Below, one piece after another: positions 31,086 through 61,169 of a stretch of 64,000 bases of DNA. The DNA is taken from the NCBI RefSeq assembly GCF_009914755.1, contig NC_060933.1; one strand, 5' to 3'. The notes under the pieces are model-generated. The model searched no databases, was not told the DNA's origin, and saw only the letters and a list, made by a program, of their open reading frames with translations. How positions within the stretch are numbered: position 1 is the first letter of the stretch; the number at the start of each line of letters is the position of its first letter. Origin of the DNA: the human T2T-CHM13v2.0 reference genome, Homo sapiens. Position numbers and translations under genes: made by a program.

Positions 31086-31711
31086 TGACACTCGGAGAGC
31101 CAGGGCTCTCAAGATGTATATGTCCTGGCCCAGCAGCTTCGACATCCCAGGGGGCACGGGTTAGAAAAGCATGCTGTGGGGCCCTCCCCAGGCTCGCTAA
31201 GTCAGGACCTCCAGGTGGACCAGCCTCTGTGCTCTCACAGCCCCCTCACCTGCTACCCCCACTCGCAGAGCATTCTGCTGCTTCTCAAGCCAGAGCCTGC
31301 CTTGGGGGTGAGCTTCAGGGATTGCTGACAGGGAGCTTTGGCTCTGGGAACCTCCCCTCAGGATGACCTTAGAAAGGGCTGCCCACAACAGCCAACTATT
31401 GGTTTAATTTTTTTCTTAAGGAGAAAGACGACCGCACAAGGCCTAGGTCTCCCCAACAGGCCTGCTTGAATCTGAGGGCTCATCCTCGTTCCCTAGATGG
31501 CAAGTTGAACCCTGGCCCAGGCAGCCCCTGTGAGCACCACCTGGGTCTATACCTGAGCCAGCTCCACTCCGTCTCACTCAGCCTGCTCTTGAGGGTTGTC
31601 GGCTTTAGGATGCAAGGAGTTTGCAGAGCACACCCACTGACTTGGGGGTTCCCAAAGGGAACACTTTGGCAGAAGAGGCACAGAAACCCGATCCCCACAC
31701 CACGAGGATTC

Positions 31712-31976
31712 CTCCCTCCTTCCCTTTTTATTCTTCCCTTCTCCCTTTCTTCCTTCCTTCCCTCTCTCCTTTCTTCCTTCCTTCCCTCTCTCCTTCCTTC
31801 CTTCCTTCTCTCCTTCCTTCGTTCTCTCCTTCCTTCCTTCTTTCCTTCCTTCCTTCTCTCCTTTCTTCCTTCCCTCTTTCCTTCATTTCTTCCTTCCTTC
31901 TTTCCCTCTCTCCTTCCTTCCTTCTTTCCTCCCTTCCTCTCTTCCTTCCTTTCTTTCTTCCTTCCTTCCTTTTTTT
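31712..31976. repeat. (CCTT/CTTT)n polypyrimidine tract
   Basis: Direct reading. Confidence 0.95.
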
Positions 31977-32269
31977 GACAGAGAATAAATCAAGCAAAAA
32001 ATACAGTGACACAGCTCCTGCACACTGCTGAGAGCACATTAACCTTCTGCGGTTGCTTCCGCTTCTTACGTAGAGCTTCATAAGCAGGGCTGAAAATCCC
32101 ACACCACATGCCCGGCCTCCATGGAACCCTTCTCCTTAAGTTTGTGTGGCTTTACAGATCCACGTTTTTATACCTTTCCCTCACTATTATGCATCCAAAG
32201 CCAAGGTATAGCATTCTGTTGTGTGTTTTACATTTTTACACAGGTGTGCATTGCCTTGCAATGATTTAC

Positions 32270-32673
32270 TTTTCTTTCTTTTCTTTTCTTTTCTTTTTTT
32301 TTTGAGACAGAGTCTTGCTCTTTTGCCCAGGCTGGAGTGCAGTGGTGAAATCTTGGCTCACTACAACCTCTGCCCCCGGGGTTCAAGCAATTCTTGTGCC
32401 TCAGCCTCCCAAGTAACTGGGAGGACTGTCATTCTGTTGAGTCATTTTGCAATGTTTAGGGAGAGACTCAGCAGCAAATTCGGTACAGGAGTACTGAATT
32501 TTCTGTGCCAACTGGGACACACACCACCACACCCGGCTAATCTTTGTATTTTTAGTAGGGACGAGGCTTCGCCATATTGCCCAGGCTGGTCTCGAATTCC
32601 TGGCCTCAAGTGATCTGCCTGCCTCGGTCTCCCAAAGTGCTGGGATTACAGGTGTGAGCCACCTCAGCCAGCC
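32270..32673 (-). mobile_element. Alu with an approximately 89-bp non-Alu insertion at 32421-32509
   Basis: Alu consensus breaks after AACTGGGA and resumes at a second AACTGGGA. Confidence 0.9.
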
Positions 32674-32835
32674 TACCTTTTTTATTTAACAACTTTTTTT
32701 CAAGATTAGTTTATGTTGTTACATTCATTTTCACTGATTAACATTATTTTATTGTATGAATATACAACAATTTATCTGTCCAAGTCCCTATAGATGGACA
32801 ACAAATCGGCTTCCAGATTTTTGCTGTTACAAATA

Positions 32836-33450
<615 letters not shown>

Positions 33451-33639
33451 TTATTTTCCATTTTCCGTCACATATTGTCATTAAGTCTCTGACAATTACC
33501 GAACACAATTAACATTGTCGTGTTTAAGAGAAATCATTTACCGATTTCTCTAAAATACTCCTTCCTAGTACTGAATTTGCTGAGTCTCTCCCTAAACATT
33601 GCAAAATGACTCTGCAGAGTGACAGTCCTCACTATCCCA

Positions 33640-35830
<2,191 letters not shown>

Positions 35831-35840
35831 ATAAAGGCAA

Positions 35841-36187
35841 TTTTTTTTCTTTTTCAAGTTCAGGGGTACATGTGCAGGATGTGCAGGTTTGTTACACAGG
35901 TAAACGTGTGCCATGATGGTTTGCTGCACAGATCAGCCCATCCCCCCAGTATTAAGCCCAGCATCCACTAGCTATTCTTCCTGATTCTCTCCATCTCCCC
36001 ACCCCCTGTCCTCCAACAGGACCCAGGGTGTTTTGTTCCGCACCATGTGTCCATGTGTTCTCAGCATTTAGCTTCCCCACTTATAAGTGAGAACACGCGG
36101 TATTTGGTTTTCTGTTCCTGTGTTAGTTTGCTAGGGATAAAGGCTTCCAACTTTAACCATGTCCCTGCAAGGGACATGATCTCATTG
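35841..36187 (-). mobile_element. L1PA 3' end
   Basis: GGGGTACATGTGCAGGATGTGCAGGTTTGTTACACAGGTAAACG. Confidence 0.9.
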
Positions 36188-37289
36188 TAAAGGTTATTTT
36201 TTGAACCCAAAGTATCTAGGATTGTTTTTGAAGGCAAAACATTATTACTAATTATAACTATTTTACATTTTGATCAGAGGATATCATCTATAGCACAAGC
36301 CAGTAAATATTTTTCTGTAAAGGGCCATTATTGTAAATATTTTAGGCTTTGCAGGTTTCATTGAATCTCTGCTACAACTACAGCAAAGCTGAAAAGTGAT
36401 AGAAACGTTTGACTGACATACTCAGGGGTGCGACCTGATCATTAAGCCAGGTGAAAAAGCGCCTGCTAGAAGATTCTTGAGGCAGAGCTAGAAATTACAC
36501 CAAGAGTAGACGTGTTTTCTTTTTGATTTGTACCTAGCAGAATGGTGTGGCAATAATTTCTCAAGCATTCCATTCATTTCATGTCCTAGGTAGAAATAAC
36601 CTAGAAAGAGAAAAAAGGCAAAGAAAATCAGGTGTCCATGCCTACGTGAAACAGAAAAAGAAAATTGTTCAGGTATCTGTAACCAGGCCTAGGCAAATAA
36701 AGGCAACTTACAAAAATACAAACACTATTAAGGTGTTTTATTTTGTTTTTTAAGGAAAACTGGGAAGGGAGAATAAATAACAGGGACATCAGGGGCAAGA
36801 TCAGTTGCACCTGCAGAGTTCTGCAGCTTGTTAGAAGGCAGGCAGCTTGAGTTAGCTTTCAGCAGCCAACCCCCAGAGCTACATGCAATCATCAACCAGT
36901 GTCCACAAGGAACAAACAAGCAAGGGGCTCCAGTAGAAGAAAGGGAAGGTGCTGGTTGGTGTTGCAGGTCCTCTTAGGAGGACCAAGTTCATATCCACGA
37001 AACTCGTGGGCTGCTCCTGCACCCCCAGAGTCCAGTTGCAAGGCCATGGGCACCGAGACATGCTCTTCGTCTTTTCCAGCTCTAACCTAGACAGTCTTCT
37101 CTTTTTATGGAATACTCTTCTGAGAAATATCCCAAGTGAATTACTGAATGATGCTTTGATGAGATCCTTGAGGACCATCAAAAGAAACAGCCCTCTGAAG
37201 ACAACCAGATCCAGTGGTGTGCACCTGAGTCTCAGCAGTTCCTCATCCTTTTCTAAAGGAGGTGCAGAACCTGAGACCGAGCGTGAGGT

Positions 37290-37680
37290 CTGAGTTCCAG
37301 TTCCATTACCTAACTCGCTGCGGGACTCTGGGCAAGTCACTGACCCTCCCTGGGCTTGCTTTCCTCATCTGTGAAATGGGATGCTACTTGAACTTCCCTC
37401 ATACGGTTCTTGTAAGGATGAGTGAGCTCCTTTATAAAACTATCGGACAGTGCTCAGAGCACAGTAACTACTGCACCCTATCTTCTCAAATAGACTTTTT
37501 TTTTTACAGCAGTTTTAGGTTCACAGAAAAATTGGTCAGAAGGCACAGAGGTTTCCTTTATGCTCCCTGCTCCCTCACAAGCACAGCCTCCCCAACTATC
37601 GATATCCACCCCCCTCACAGTGGTGCATCTGTTCCAATCGATAAACCTACACTGATACCTTATTACCACCCAAAGTCTAC
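37290..37680. mobile_element. MIR followed by L1MC 3' fragment
   Basis: GGGCAAGTCACT..CTCATCTGTGAAATGGG; AGCAGTTTTAGGTTCACAG. Confidence 0.7.
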
Positions 37681-37831
37681 ATCCAATTTTTATTAGAATG
37701 ATTTTTTTTCCATGGGGCAGTACAAACATATCTTGGCACAAACTTATTCTCAAGCTTGTACACTCTATTTTCTTGGGATAAAGGTGGTTCAAGGTGTAGA
37801 ATTTTGGTTTTTAATAAGACCCATTGAGGAA

Positions 37832-38180
37832 TGTTATTATCTGAATGTGTGTGTTTCCTCAAAATTTATGTTGAACTCCTAGCCTCCAAGGTGATGGTAT
37901 AAGAAGTGCAGCCTTCGGGAGGTGATGAGGCCATGATAGTAGAGCCCTCATGAGTGGGATTGAGAGGCAACAGAGAGACCCTTGCCCCTTCCCCTATGTG
38001 AGGTCACAGCAAGAACTGCGCAGTCTGCAACCGTCCCCAGGTGGCCCTCACCAAAACCCAACCATGCTGGCACCCTCATCTTGGACTCCCAGCCACCAGA
38101 ACAGGGAGAAATAAATTTCTATTTTTTACCAGCCACCTGGCCTACGATATTTTTTATAGCGGCCTTAATGGACTAAGACA
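37832..38180 (+). mobile_element. MLT1A-like MaLR LTR
   Basis: TG...GCTGGCACCCTCATCTTGGACT...GGACTAAGACA. Confidence 0.8.
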
Positions 38181-38313
38181 GTAAGGGAGTCAATTAGCAG
38201 AGGAAATAGTAGACATTGGAGATAGAGGACCTGGGTTTGGCTCCAAATTCTGCTGCTAGTAGCTCTGAGACCCCAGTTCTCTGAAGCTCAAGGGTAAATA
38301 AATGCAGTCATAG

Positions 38314-38677
<364 letters not shown>

Positions 38678-39210
38678 ACAACAACTATTAATATCCTGAT
38701 GGTGCATGGCTGGGTGGAGCATACATAGTAACCTCACATTTATCCTTTTCCATGTCTTCCCCCAGCATCTCTGTCCCGTCTTAAAAGAAAAGGTGCATCA
38801 TTTATAATTTTGGATGGTTTGGTGCAGGGAATATTATCAGGGTAGGTGGCAATTTACTTGAGGAGTATTGACACGTTAGCAAATACTCTTTCCTTTGCTG
38901 CAATACTGGGAAAGTCCATAATACAATGGGATTTTTTTCTTGTAGTTAAAAGCAGTTGTACATTATTTTTGCTTGTCTCTGATGGTGTCAAGTCTAAATC
39001 ACAGCCATCAGCTGACTCCTGATGCATGGGTAGAAAAGGTCCTGACAAGCCCCATCTTTTCCTGCCCAAGAATGGTAAACAAGTTGCTCCCTCTAGCATC
39101 AATACACTCTCTGAAGGTGGCTTCCTAAGACTGTGTGTACCACAACAGGCTATTTCTTTGTGCAAATGACTGCACTTTAACTTTTTTATTATTAAAAATG
39201 AGAATGAGTG

Positions 39211-39637
<427 letters not shown>

Positions 39638-39890
39638 CTAGAGTATCTATACTGTGAAATGTATTTTTATTTTCCAAGTAGAACATGCCTCTGGGATTTT
39701 GAGAAAAAATAAAAACATACATAAGTTCAGTAACATGAATATTGACATTTGTTTTTGAAGAAAATAAAGCTGAGCTTTCAAAAATGATGTCAGCTTTTTG
39801 GAACTCACAATCTATAGACGATTCCATCTAATCTTTATTGAATGCCTGCTGTATACAGGCACCAGTATGTGAAACCTTTTTATGGGGTAG

Positions 39891-40208
<318 letters not shown>

Positions 40209-41310
40209 CTATTTATTCTCCTTTTATAGATGAAGAAACTGAACACAGAGGGGGGAATTATTCACCAAGTTTGCATGGTTACTATGGGGCAAGGCAAGAT
40301 TCAAACTGAGCATTGGTCATCTACCAAGCCCACACACTTCCCAGGTGGCTGCACTGCCCTTCTCAGGACCTAAGGGAGGCTCCAGACCTGTGCTAAGCAG
40401 TAGCCTCATGAGGCTATTGAGACTAACTATAGAGTAATTACAATTAAATCAAATCAAAATTTTAATCCCTCAATTGCACCAGCCCCAGTTCAAGTGCTCA
40501 AAGTCTTATGGTGGCCAGTGCTTTCCCCTGTACAGCATGTCCTGTAGAACCCTTTACAGCAGAAGGCTGTCTTAGACATGGCCATTTGGTTGCTCTCCAC
40601 CTCTCAGCCCCTCGGCTTCTGCTGGAAAATCATCAGGTGCCTCTGTGGAAAAACGACACCCAAAGCTGAGTTTCCTGGTCCTGGCTTACCTTCTCTCTGG
40701 GCTCTGTAACCCCAAGTCCTTGCTCTTTTGCTAGCTTTCTGGTTCCTTCCTACAGTTTTGTCCATGTTTTCTAGCTCTCGGTAGGAGTACTGGCCTGAAA
40801 CAAGTCAGGTCACTTTCTCCAGCATTTCATTTTCCCTATGCATCTGTCCACATGCCTTTCCTTTGCTCTAATCCACAGAGTCTTCTGTTGCCTGGTGGAG
40901 AGTACACCTAACCATGCCTAAAATTTAAAATGTATTGTTTATAAACCTCATCTAGTGATTGTCTCAATGGAAGATAGCCCCATGTCATGCATCCAGAAAA
41001 CCCCATTATATCCAAATGCCACCAGCCTCATGGGCATCTACACACACATGAACCCACATGGACAGCACCAAGGCCAGGTCCTCTCTTGGCACTCGCATAT
41101 AATCCCCCCTTAGCCAACTCTTTCAGGGCTTCCCCAAAACGTGCCTTGCTTGCCCATCCAGGGCATCAACAACCGTCCCCACTCAGCTTCACCTGCTCGC
41201 CCCTGCAGCTTCAATCTACCTATCAATCAATACACCCACAGTCCTGAAGACCACTGCCTACAGGACTTGCCGTGAGGATACTGTTATTTATGCCTCTTGA
41301 GGCTGGCTGA

Positions 41311-43323
<2,013 letters not shown>

Positions 43324-43481
43324 AGAAGGTGTTTTTTCTATGCTCAGTAGGTAAACCTAAAGAAATTGTGTTCAGCCTGGCCAGTCACCTTTTTTCACTC
43401 AGAAGGACTTTCCATGCTTTACCCAGATATATAGAGGAAACTGTCTTTTAGCCAGTTTCAAAGATTTTTATTTTATCTGTA

Positions 43482-44250
43482 ATTCTGACAGCAACTGGTA
43501 TATTGCAGTTCAATTCTGCCACTAACCACCTGGAGTTAGCACGGACCTCACAGGTGAAGAGCACAGTCAGTCCCGAGCGTATGTGTATGAATATTCACAT
43601 AGACAGCCCCCTCCAGACAGCAGCCACAAGTTCAGTGGGTCCCAGGCCACTCACACTTTTGACCAACTGGCTAGTAATTCAAGGGTTTCCACAATCCTGT
43701 CATGTTTGATCATTGGCTATAACAATGCATAGAACTCAAGGAAGTGCTACACTTTTGATTATAGCTTTACGATAAAGAGAACAGCTCAGGGCCACCCAGA
43801 TGAAGAGATACAGAGGGAAGGCCTGGGAGGATCCCCAACACAGAGCTTCCTTGCCCTCTCTGTGAAAATAGGGTGTACCTCCCTTCTGGCACACCCACGT
43901 GTTCATCAACAAAATCATCCCTGATGCTCAGTGTGTGGAGTTTTGACGGGTTCATTACGTAGGTATGATTGGCCACCAGGCTGAACTCAGTCTCCAGCTT
44001 CCCCTACCTTCTCTGGAGCTTGGGCTGGGTCAAAGTCCCAACCCTAGTATCTCATGGATGGTCTTTCTTCTGTCCAGCCCCTATTCCTGAAGCTGTCTAA
44101 GGGCTCACTGGGAGTCACCTCATTAGCATAAACTCAAGAGTTAGCCAAGAGGCTCATGAATAACAAACGCAGTTCTACCACTCAGAAAAATCCAAGAGCT
44201 TTAGAAGCCCTGTGCCAGGAAGTCAGAACAAACACCAGACAAATCCCTTA
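43482..44250. mobile_element. MER21-like LTR element
   Basis: TTCAATTCTGCCACTAACCACCTGGAGTTAGC; GAGTCACCTCATTAGCATAAACTCA. Confidence 0.75.
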
Positions 44251-45389
44251 TTATAGAAAACCTTTACAGCTTATTCACAGGTATATGATGAGACTCATAT
44301 TCACAAACAGAAGGATGTCAGAATCTTATTTTCCTACTCAAGAATAAATCAAATACCATCTACTCCTTTGTATGACTTCCTCAAAATCTGTCCAAGAGAA
44401 CAATTAAAATTGCAAGATGGCAACGGATCATATTTTTTCACTTGGAAAAGATAATATTGCTACTGCTACCTCTCCTACCATAATGACTAATAACAATTGC
44501 TGATCTTGCTTTTGGAGCCTATACTGTACACTACTTAAAAGGCAATGAGTCAGGTAAAGGCAACAAATATAAGAGAATTAGGCTTCAGAAAATCATTGTA
44601 AAAGTTTGCCTCTTGAAGCTGATTTCCACCAAAAGCAAACAACTTATAAACGCTATACATGTACGTCAGCTTGAATCATGTGCACAGAGGCAAGAGGAAG
44701 TTTGGAACGCCAGGTTTGCAAAACCCTTAGGGTCAGGCTTGAGTGAAAATGCAAGCCTCAGAGTCAAAACCAATTTACAATATAAGATGCAGTTGGTTGG
44801 CATAAAGAATTCAGTAAGGCTTGAAAAAAAAATTTAATTAAGAAAAGTTTGGGGGAAAAAAAAGATAAATGTTGCCTGGAGCTTTCATTTAAATTGGAAA
44901 CATCCTAAAAAGCCCCTGGCCAGTTCTGGCCCCATACAGCTAAAGGACCTGGCAAAACCCCAGCCTTCAGTAATAATTAACACTCATAAAGTCACAATGA
45001 AGTTATCAAGGGGCCATTTTGGCCATGCTTAAAAGACTAACCACATCTGCCAAAACAATGACATTTCCAAACTCTTAATTTTTGCAACATGTATATATGT
45101 GTTCTCAGTTTTCAGTGTATGCATTACTGAGAGGAAAACAGCTAGAGAGAAAGAAAAGTGCTTTTTCATTAATCAAAAGGAGACTAGACTGCTGTTTCTG
45201 CATACTATGCACAGCAAGATTCAGAGTTAAACATCATCATTCAGAGAGTTGATGTTGAACAAAAAATAACAGTTGAACTTATTCCTGCTTTACACCAAAA
45301 AGTGTTATTAATTTTTAATTTCCTGGGCATGCAGTAGTATTTTCTGAATTAGATTCTGAGAGAGTGATTTTGACCATGGGATCACTAGT

Positions 45390-45543
45390 AAAATATCAGC
45401 TCACAATCTACAGTTATCAACATCCAGACAAACAAGCTAGTGTTAGGGAATGCCAGCAGAAACTAAAACAAAACACTCAAGAAATTTTGATTCTGAAATA
45501 GAATATAAAGTAACAATGTGTGAAATAAGAAATAAAAGGCAGA
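45390..45543 (+). repeat. Direct local duplicate of 46978-47136
   Basis: About 150 bp, roughly 10 mismatches and one 5-bp gap by hand. Confidence 0.95.
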
Positions 45544-45964
45544 GGTAGTAAAAACGTTTATGAAAGATCAATGAGACAGATTATTTTTGAAGTTTTTTTT
45601 TAAAAAAAACTTTGTATGTGTATGTGTGTGTGTGTTTGTCCAAAGTCTTGCAAGTTTCATGAGAAAAAAGAGGTAGAATGGGAGCACATTCAACTTCGTT
45701 CAGTGGATAAATGGATAAACTCTGGGTTGAGAGACAAAGTCAAAAGTTGACCTTGCCCGGATGTTTTGAATCCAGGGCTGCTGAGTTAAGGAACAAGATA
45801 ATGGGGTTCCACTACTAATTAAAAACCCCTGATGCAAAGGCCCAGGCCTTCCCCACACCCTGGTTTTCCTCATCCATCTCTCTTCTTGTATCTCATATAT
45901 TTTCCTAGGAGAAACCACGTACTTTGCAAGGATTCTAATACAGTACTTCTGAGTTGTAACTTTC

Positions 45965-46565
45965 TTTTATTTACTCAGTAAATATCTAATGAGTGACTAC
46001 TAGGTGCCATAACTTCTTAGCACTGGGATTCAGCAGAATTTGTGCTCCTGGAATTATATCCTAGAAAAGAGGCAAAAATAAACAGAGGAAGTGTAAAAAC
46101 AATTACGATCATTTTAAATGGTGATAAATGCTTTGAACAAAACAGGTAATCCAGTGTGACTGGTGATGAGGGTGGCTGCATTAGGTGGAATGGCACTGAG
46201 AAGCCAGACTGAAGCATGATTACTGCTGAGATCCTACTGATGAGGATCCTGGCATGCCAAGACTGGCCAAAGAGAGGACGGATGCTTCAGGGAAACAGGC
46301 AGAATTTCAAACAGAGGGTCTATAACTGTGCGATGGGAACTGCTGTCTGTGGAAAGAATCTAGAAAATGTCCCTCTGGACCATGCATGCAGCAGTAGGAA
46401 ACAGAGTCCAAGAAACAGGCACCAACCAGATTCCGCAGGCCTGAGGTGCCAAGATAAGGTATTTGGGTTTTGTTCTCAGTGTGCTGAGAGGTGCATTTGA
46501 GAGTTTGCAACCAGGGAGGAGTGTAATGTGATTTATGTTTTCTTAAAAAGTCTCTTTGGCTGTTG
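45965..46565 (-). mobile_element. L2 fragment
   Basis: CAGTAAATATCTAATGAGTGACTACTAGGTGCCA L2 end motif. Confidence 0.55.
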
Positions 46566-46899
46566 TGTATCTACATGTATCTACAACCACATGTAGATAC
46601 TTATGAGAGGTATCAAGGGCTTCTGACATTACAGGGTTTGAGGTACCCTGAAGGGCTCTCTCACTACAATATACATGGTAGGATCCCAGGAAAGCAATGG
46701 GAAATTTTCAAGAAGGAGTGAGGAGAAAGCCTGAGCTGAAACCTGAACAGAGCAGGTGTGCAAACACAAACTCTGAAGGCAAATTCTTAGAATTGCACTG
46801 CAAAGAAGTCAAACTTTGGACCCACTGCAGGATTGGAGATCTGAACTCAAGCTCTTAAAGAAGCAGTGTGGTTGTAGTCTGGTAGTATCCTTGAGCTCC

Positions 46900-50885
<3,986 letters not shown>

Positions 50886-52511
50886 AACTTTTCTTAAAAG
50901 AGTGCAACAAGGTCCCTGGGGTCCATGTGAGAGAGGGTTGGACAAGGTTGGAAACCAGAAAAAGGAGAGACGTTAAAGGGTGGAGGATTTATTATAGTTA
51001 GTTGAAGGCAAACTCAGTAAGGCTCTCTGATGTGCTGGTTACTGGGAATGAGGGAAAGGACAGCAAATCTATGTCAATTTCCTCTGAGCTAAATGAAACA
51101 ATATAAGATGATGCTTTCATTTGGGGATGAGGAGTTAGGGTTTGATATGGGTTTGTTTTATGGTATAAAATATACCACCATGAAAGTGATAGATGTTTAG
51201 GACAGAAATTTTAGGAAATGTAAAAAAAAATAAAAAATAAAATAGGTTACCATCCCCAACCCACTCAGGCTAATGGCAGCAGCTAAGGTACTGAACACTG
51301 GTTAAAAAAAGAAAAAGTGCATGAGAAAAAAAAAGTCTATGAATTGTTAGGTAGTTCACGGAAAGCCCTCTTGTAGTCCAAGGACCATATTATAGCAGGA
51401 AATGCAGCTAGAATCGCTTGGAAGGAAAAGCTGCAATCACAAATAAAATCATCAGTTGTATAATATTTTTCAGTCATTACAGGAAGCAAGTATCAAAGCT
51501 GCTTTCACCAAAAAATGTAGGGATATGGCTTTCATTGTGCCCCAGTGTGAAATTATTCCAGTTAAAGGGGTTTGCAGAATAGCAACTTGTTGTTTTCTTA
51601 AAAGAAATCCTGGTGTCATCGACAGATGTGAGTTTTACTCACCTAACGTGGAGATGTTTTCAAGGGTGCTGCCAGTAATGAGAAACAGTGAATTGCTGTG
51701 AAATTTTGCTGTGCTGGACTTGGTAAAGGCCAAAGTGAAGTAGCTAGCGTGAGTCATGCTGCACAGGTTATTTTTAAAATACTGGAGAAATCCTGGTTGC
51801 CACAGAACTGTGTACAAGTTGACACGAAGATTGAATTTGGTGTTGATGTAACCACCAGAGAAGTTGTTGTTGCTGCTGATGTTACTGATAATGATACCCA
51901 GAGACTCTGGCCATCGAGAGATCAAAGCAAACAGAAAGACAAACAGTCTTGTTGTGACCTCAAAGAAGCAACTCTGGAAGGGCTCCAGATGGTAAAGAAA
52001 AACTTTGAGTGGGTTGCAGAGATTGTAGAATTGCTTTGGAAATCAGAAAGTCAGTGCAGGGGTGTAATATGCATAGGCTCAATGTCTGATCTAGAACACT
52101 GTGAAAAAATCAAGAGGGCCTGTGGAAATTTTGGGTTTGGGTAACATCTGCCCATAAAGGACTAGATGAAACTCTGAGGATTAAAGCTGAGTCTGAAGGG
52201 GATGGCATTCCTTCTGTATCTGTGGCAGTGGTAGGCAGAGGCCATGGCTAGGGACCAGTGATGCCTGGGAACACTGCATAACCACGTAGTTATCAGCTGT
52301 CCTCCCCTCACACCAGACAGTGACCTCAGGATGTGTGAGCTTCCCTTTGACAGGGGTCTCAGGTAGTGGACCATACTTTCTGCAGAAGACTCAGCTCAGT
52401 ATGATGCCCAGATATTTGGATTAAGCGATCATTTGGCAGGAGGCAAACTGTGAACAAGCATATTGAACACATGGATTTCATTGAAAAGAAAATCAGAGAT
52501 ATAATTTATAA

Positions 52512-54600
<2,089 letters not shown>

Positions 54601-54702
54601 CCTCAAGCTTCTACCAGGCACTCAAAAAAAAAGAAAAAAAGAAAAAGGAAAAAAGAATGCCATTGCATTTTTTAAGGAAAACACTTCAAATTTCTAATTT
54701 AG

Positions 54703-55041
<339 letters not shown>

Positions 55042-55076
55042 TGATTTTAAATCAGAGAAGACAAATTAAAGGTACT

Positions 55077-55111
<35 letters not shown>

Positions 55112-55179
55112 AGAAACCAAAAATAAAATAAATTGAAAATCACTTATAATTTTACCATTCAGAAACTGTCTTTTAAATG

Positions 55180-56610
<1,431 letters not shown>

Positions 56611-58069
56611 TATCTACTTGAGATAGTGCCATAAAGAAGCAAGAACAGAGAAATCTCTACTATTCTGTTATACAGCTTGGTGCCCTACCATTAATGATCC
56701 TTAACTTTAGATCTTCAAGCATATTTAAGTCTCTAGGCCTTGGATGACCATGCAGGGGGTTGTGCAGCGATAAGGTCAACCTTAGTAGCTAAGAGAGAGA
56801 GAGAAAGGCAGATCATACTAATCAAGTTAAGCAGTTTACACAAAACTACAATGTGAGTTGTCACTATTTCCATTTTTCAGGTGCAAAAATTGAAGCTCAG
56901 AAAGGGGAAGGAAGTTGGCCAAGATCACACAGTAAACATTCCAGCTGGAATTAAAGACCCCAAGGTCTGTGCGCTCGACAGCCCTTTAGCAGGGTTTATC
57001 TTTCTCGTGGTAAATTAAAAGCCAAAGGGCTACTTACGGGTAGTTGTCTGGTGAGGAAAGCCAAGGGAGTATATGCCCAGGATAAATACCATCACCAATT
57101 GCCCTGTTCTGCAGCGGTAATCGAAGATCCACACCCCTTGCTGCCATCCAGTGCTTCCTGAAGACCCCAGGGAAGTCCTCAGGTGACAGAATCTTCCTTA
57201 TCCTGCTCTCCACCCTTCACTTCTGATGTTGGCTCTTCCAAGGCCTTCCTTTGGCACAGCCAAAGCAATACTCAGTGACAGATCAACACAAAATGATGTC
57301 CTCAGAATGCTCTGGGCCTCTCTGGGAATGTCATCTTAATTAGAAAACCTTTCATGACTTTTAATTTGTATTGGTCATTTAAGAAGGCATTGAATTAGCT
57401 GAGGATTCAGCAACATTGAATACTGACTCTTAAGAACCTCATTTAATTTACTTTGTTATTTACCAAGTACAGGTATTGGAATGTGAATGATGAGAGTTTA
57501 TCTTTGCAAATGCATACAAGAGTTTTTAAACTTACAGTTTAAAAGAGTGTCTGAGGATGTACCGCCCAGACCAAAAAATATATATATCAAATGCTGTAAG
57601 ATCTAATATTTGTTTCCTCCAAAGAAAAAGCAATCACTGCTTTTGAAATGGACATTAGCTCTTTTTTTAAGTACTTAGTTCAGTGCTTGTCACAAAGCAG
57701 ATATGCAATAACAATTTATTGTATGGATAAATGAGTGCTGATACCAAGAGCCGAGAAAATTGCCATCATCTCTCAAATGGTCATGTACCAGCTTCGTCAA
57801 AATGAAAGTTCTTTATAATTAAATTTAAAACACACTATTTTATTTAGGAAAGTTCCTAAATTATGAGTGCCAATTTGCTAATCTTATTCAACAGTGATAT
57901 TTAAATATTTTATTGATATTAAAAGCACTTTTCACTAAGAAAGGTATTTTGAAGTTGAAAGTGTAAAACTTTCTTCAACAACAAAGGAAAAGAATGCATA
58001 GAAAATGTTAGATCAAATTATAGCTTTCAATGTTATATTTCTATTTCAAAATTTTTAATTGTCTTTTTT

Positions 58070-59455
<1,386 letters not shown>

Positions 59456-59569
59456 AAATTGTCTTTTGAACTTTTAAAGTTTAAATTAAAATTATTTTTG
59501 CCCTGTACACTTTGGCATTAGAGGCCATGGGCTCCAGGGCTTTGCTGGTGAGCAGGGGACGCAGCAGGC

Positions 59570-60850
<1,281 letters not shown>

Positions 60851-60915
60851 AGAAGGAGGAAAAGGAACCAGATTTACCCTCCAGACTGAAATCACCCTAG
60901 AAAACAGACAAAATA

Positions 60916-61142
60916 CAGGCATACCTCATTTTATTGTGCTTCACAGATACTGCATGTTGTAAACTGAAGGTCTGTGGCAACCCCAGGTCCAGTAAGTATA
61001 TCAGTGCTATTTTTCCAACTCCACCTGTTTACTTCGTATCTCTGTGTCACAGTTTGATAATTCTTGCAATACTTCAAACCTTTTCATTATTTTTATATCT
61101 GTTATAAAGATCAGTGATCTTTGATATTCTTATTGTAATTGT
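60916..61142 (+). mobile_element. Tigger1 5' end fragment
   Basis: TA then CAGGCATACCTCATTTTATTGTGCTTCAC terminal repeat. Confidence 0.8.
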
Positions 61143-61169
61143 GGACTAATATGAGTGTAAGTGGATTTT

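Noticed and set aside
36879-37340. 153-aa minus-strand ORF and overlapping plus-strand ORFs in mostly unique DNA
   Set aside because: No recognisable domain; one end lies in a MIR; no splice or codon evidence I can support.
46147-46165. 19-bp exact match TAATCCAGTGTGACTGGTG to about 16495 and 18220
   Set aside because: Too short and about 28-30 kb away; a chance match cannot be excluded, so not counted as a templated insertion.
51698-52144. 148-aa PAICS-like ORF as an expressed retrogene
   Set aside because: Non-ATG start, internal fragment only, surrounded by stops, frameshifts and deletions.
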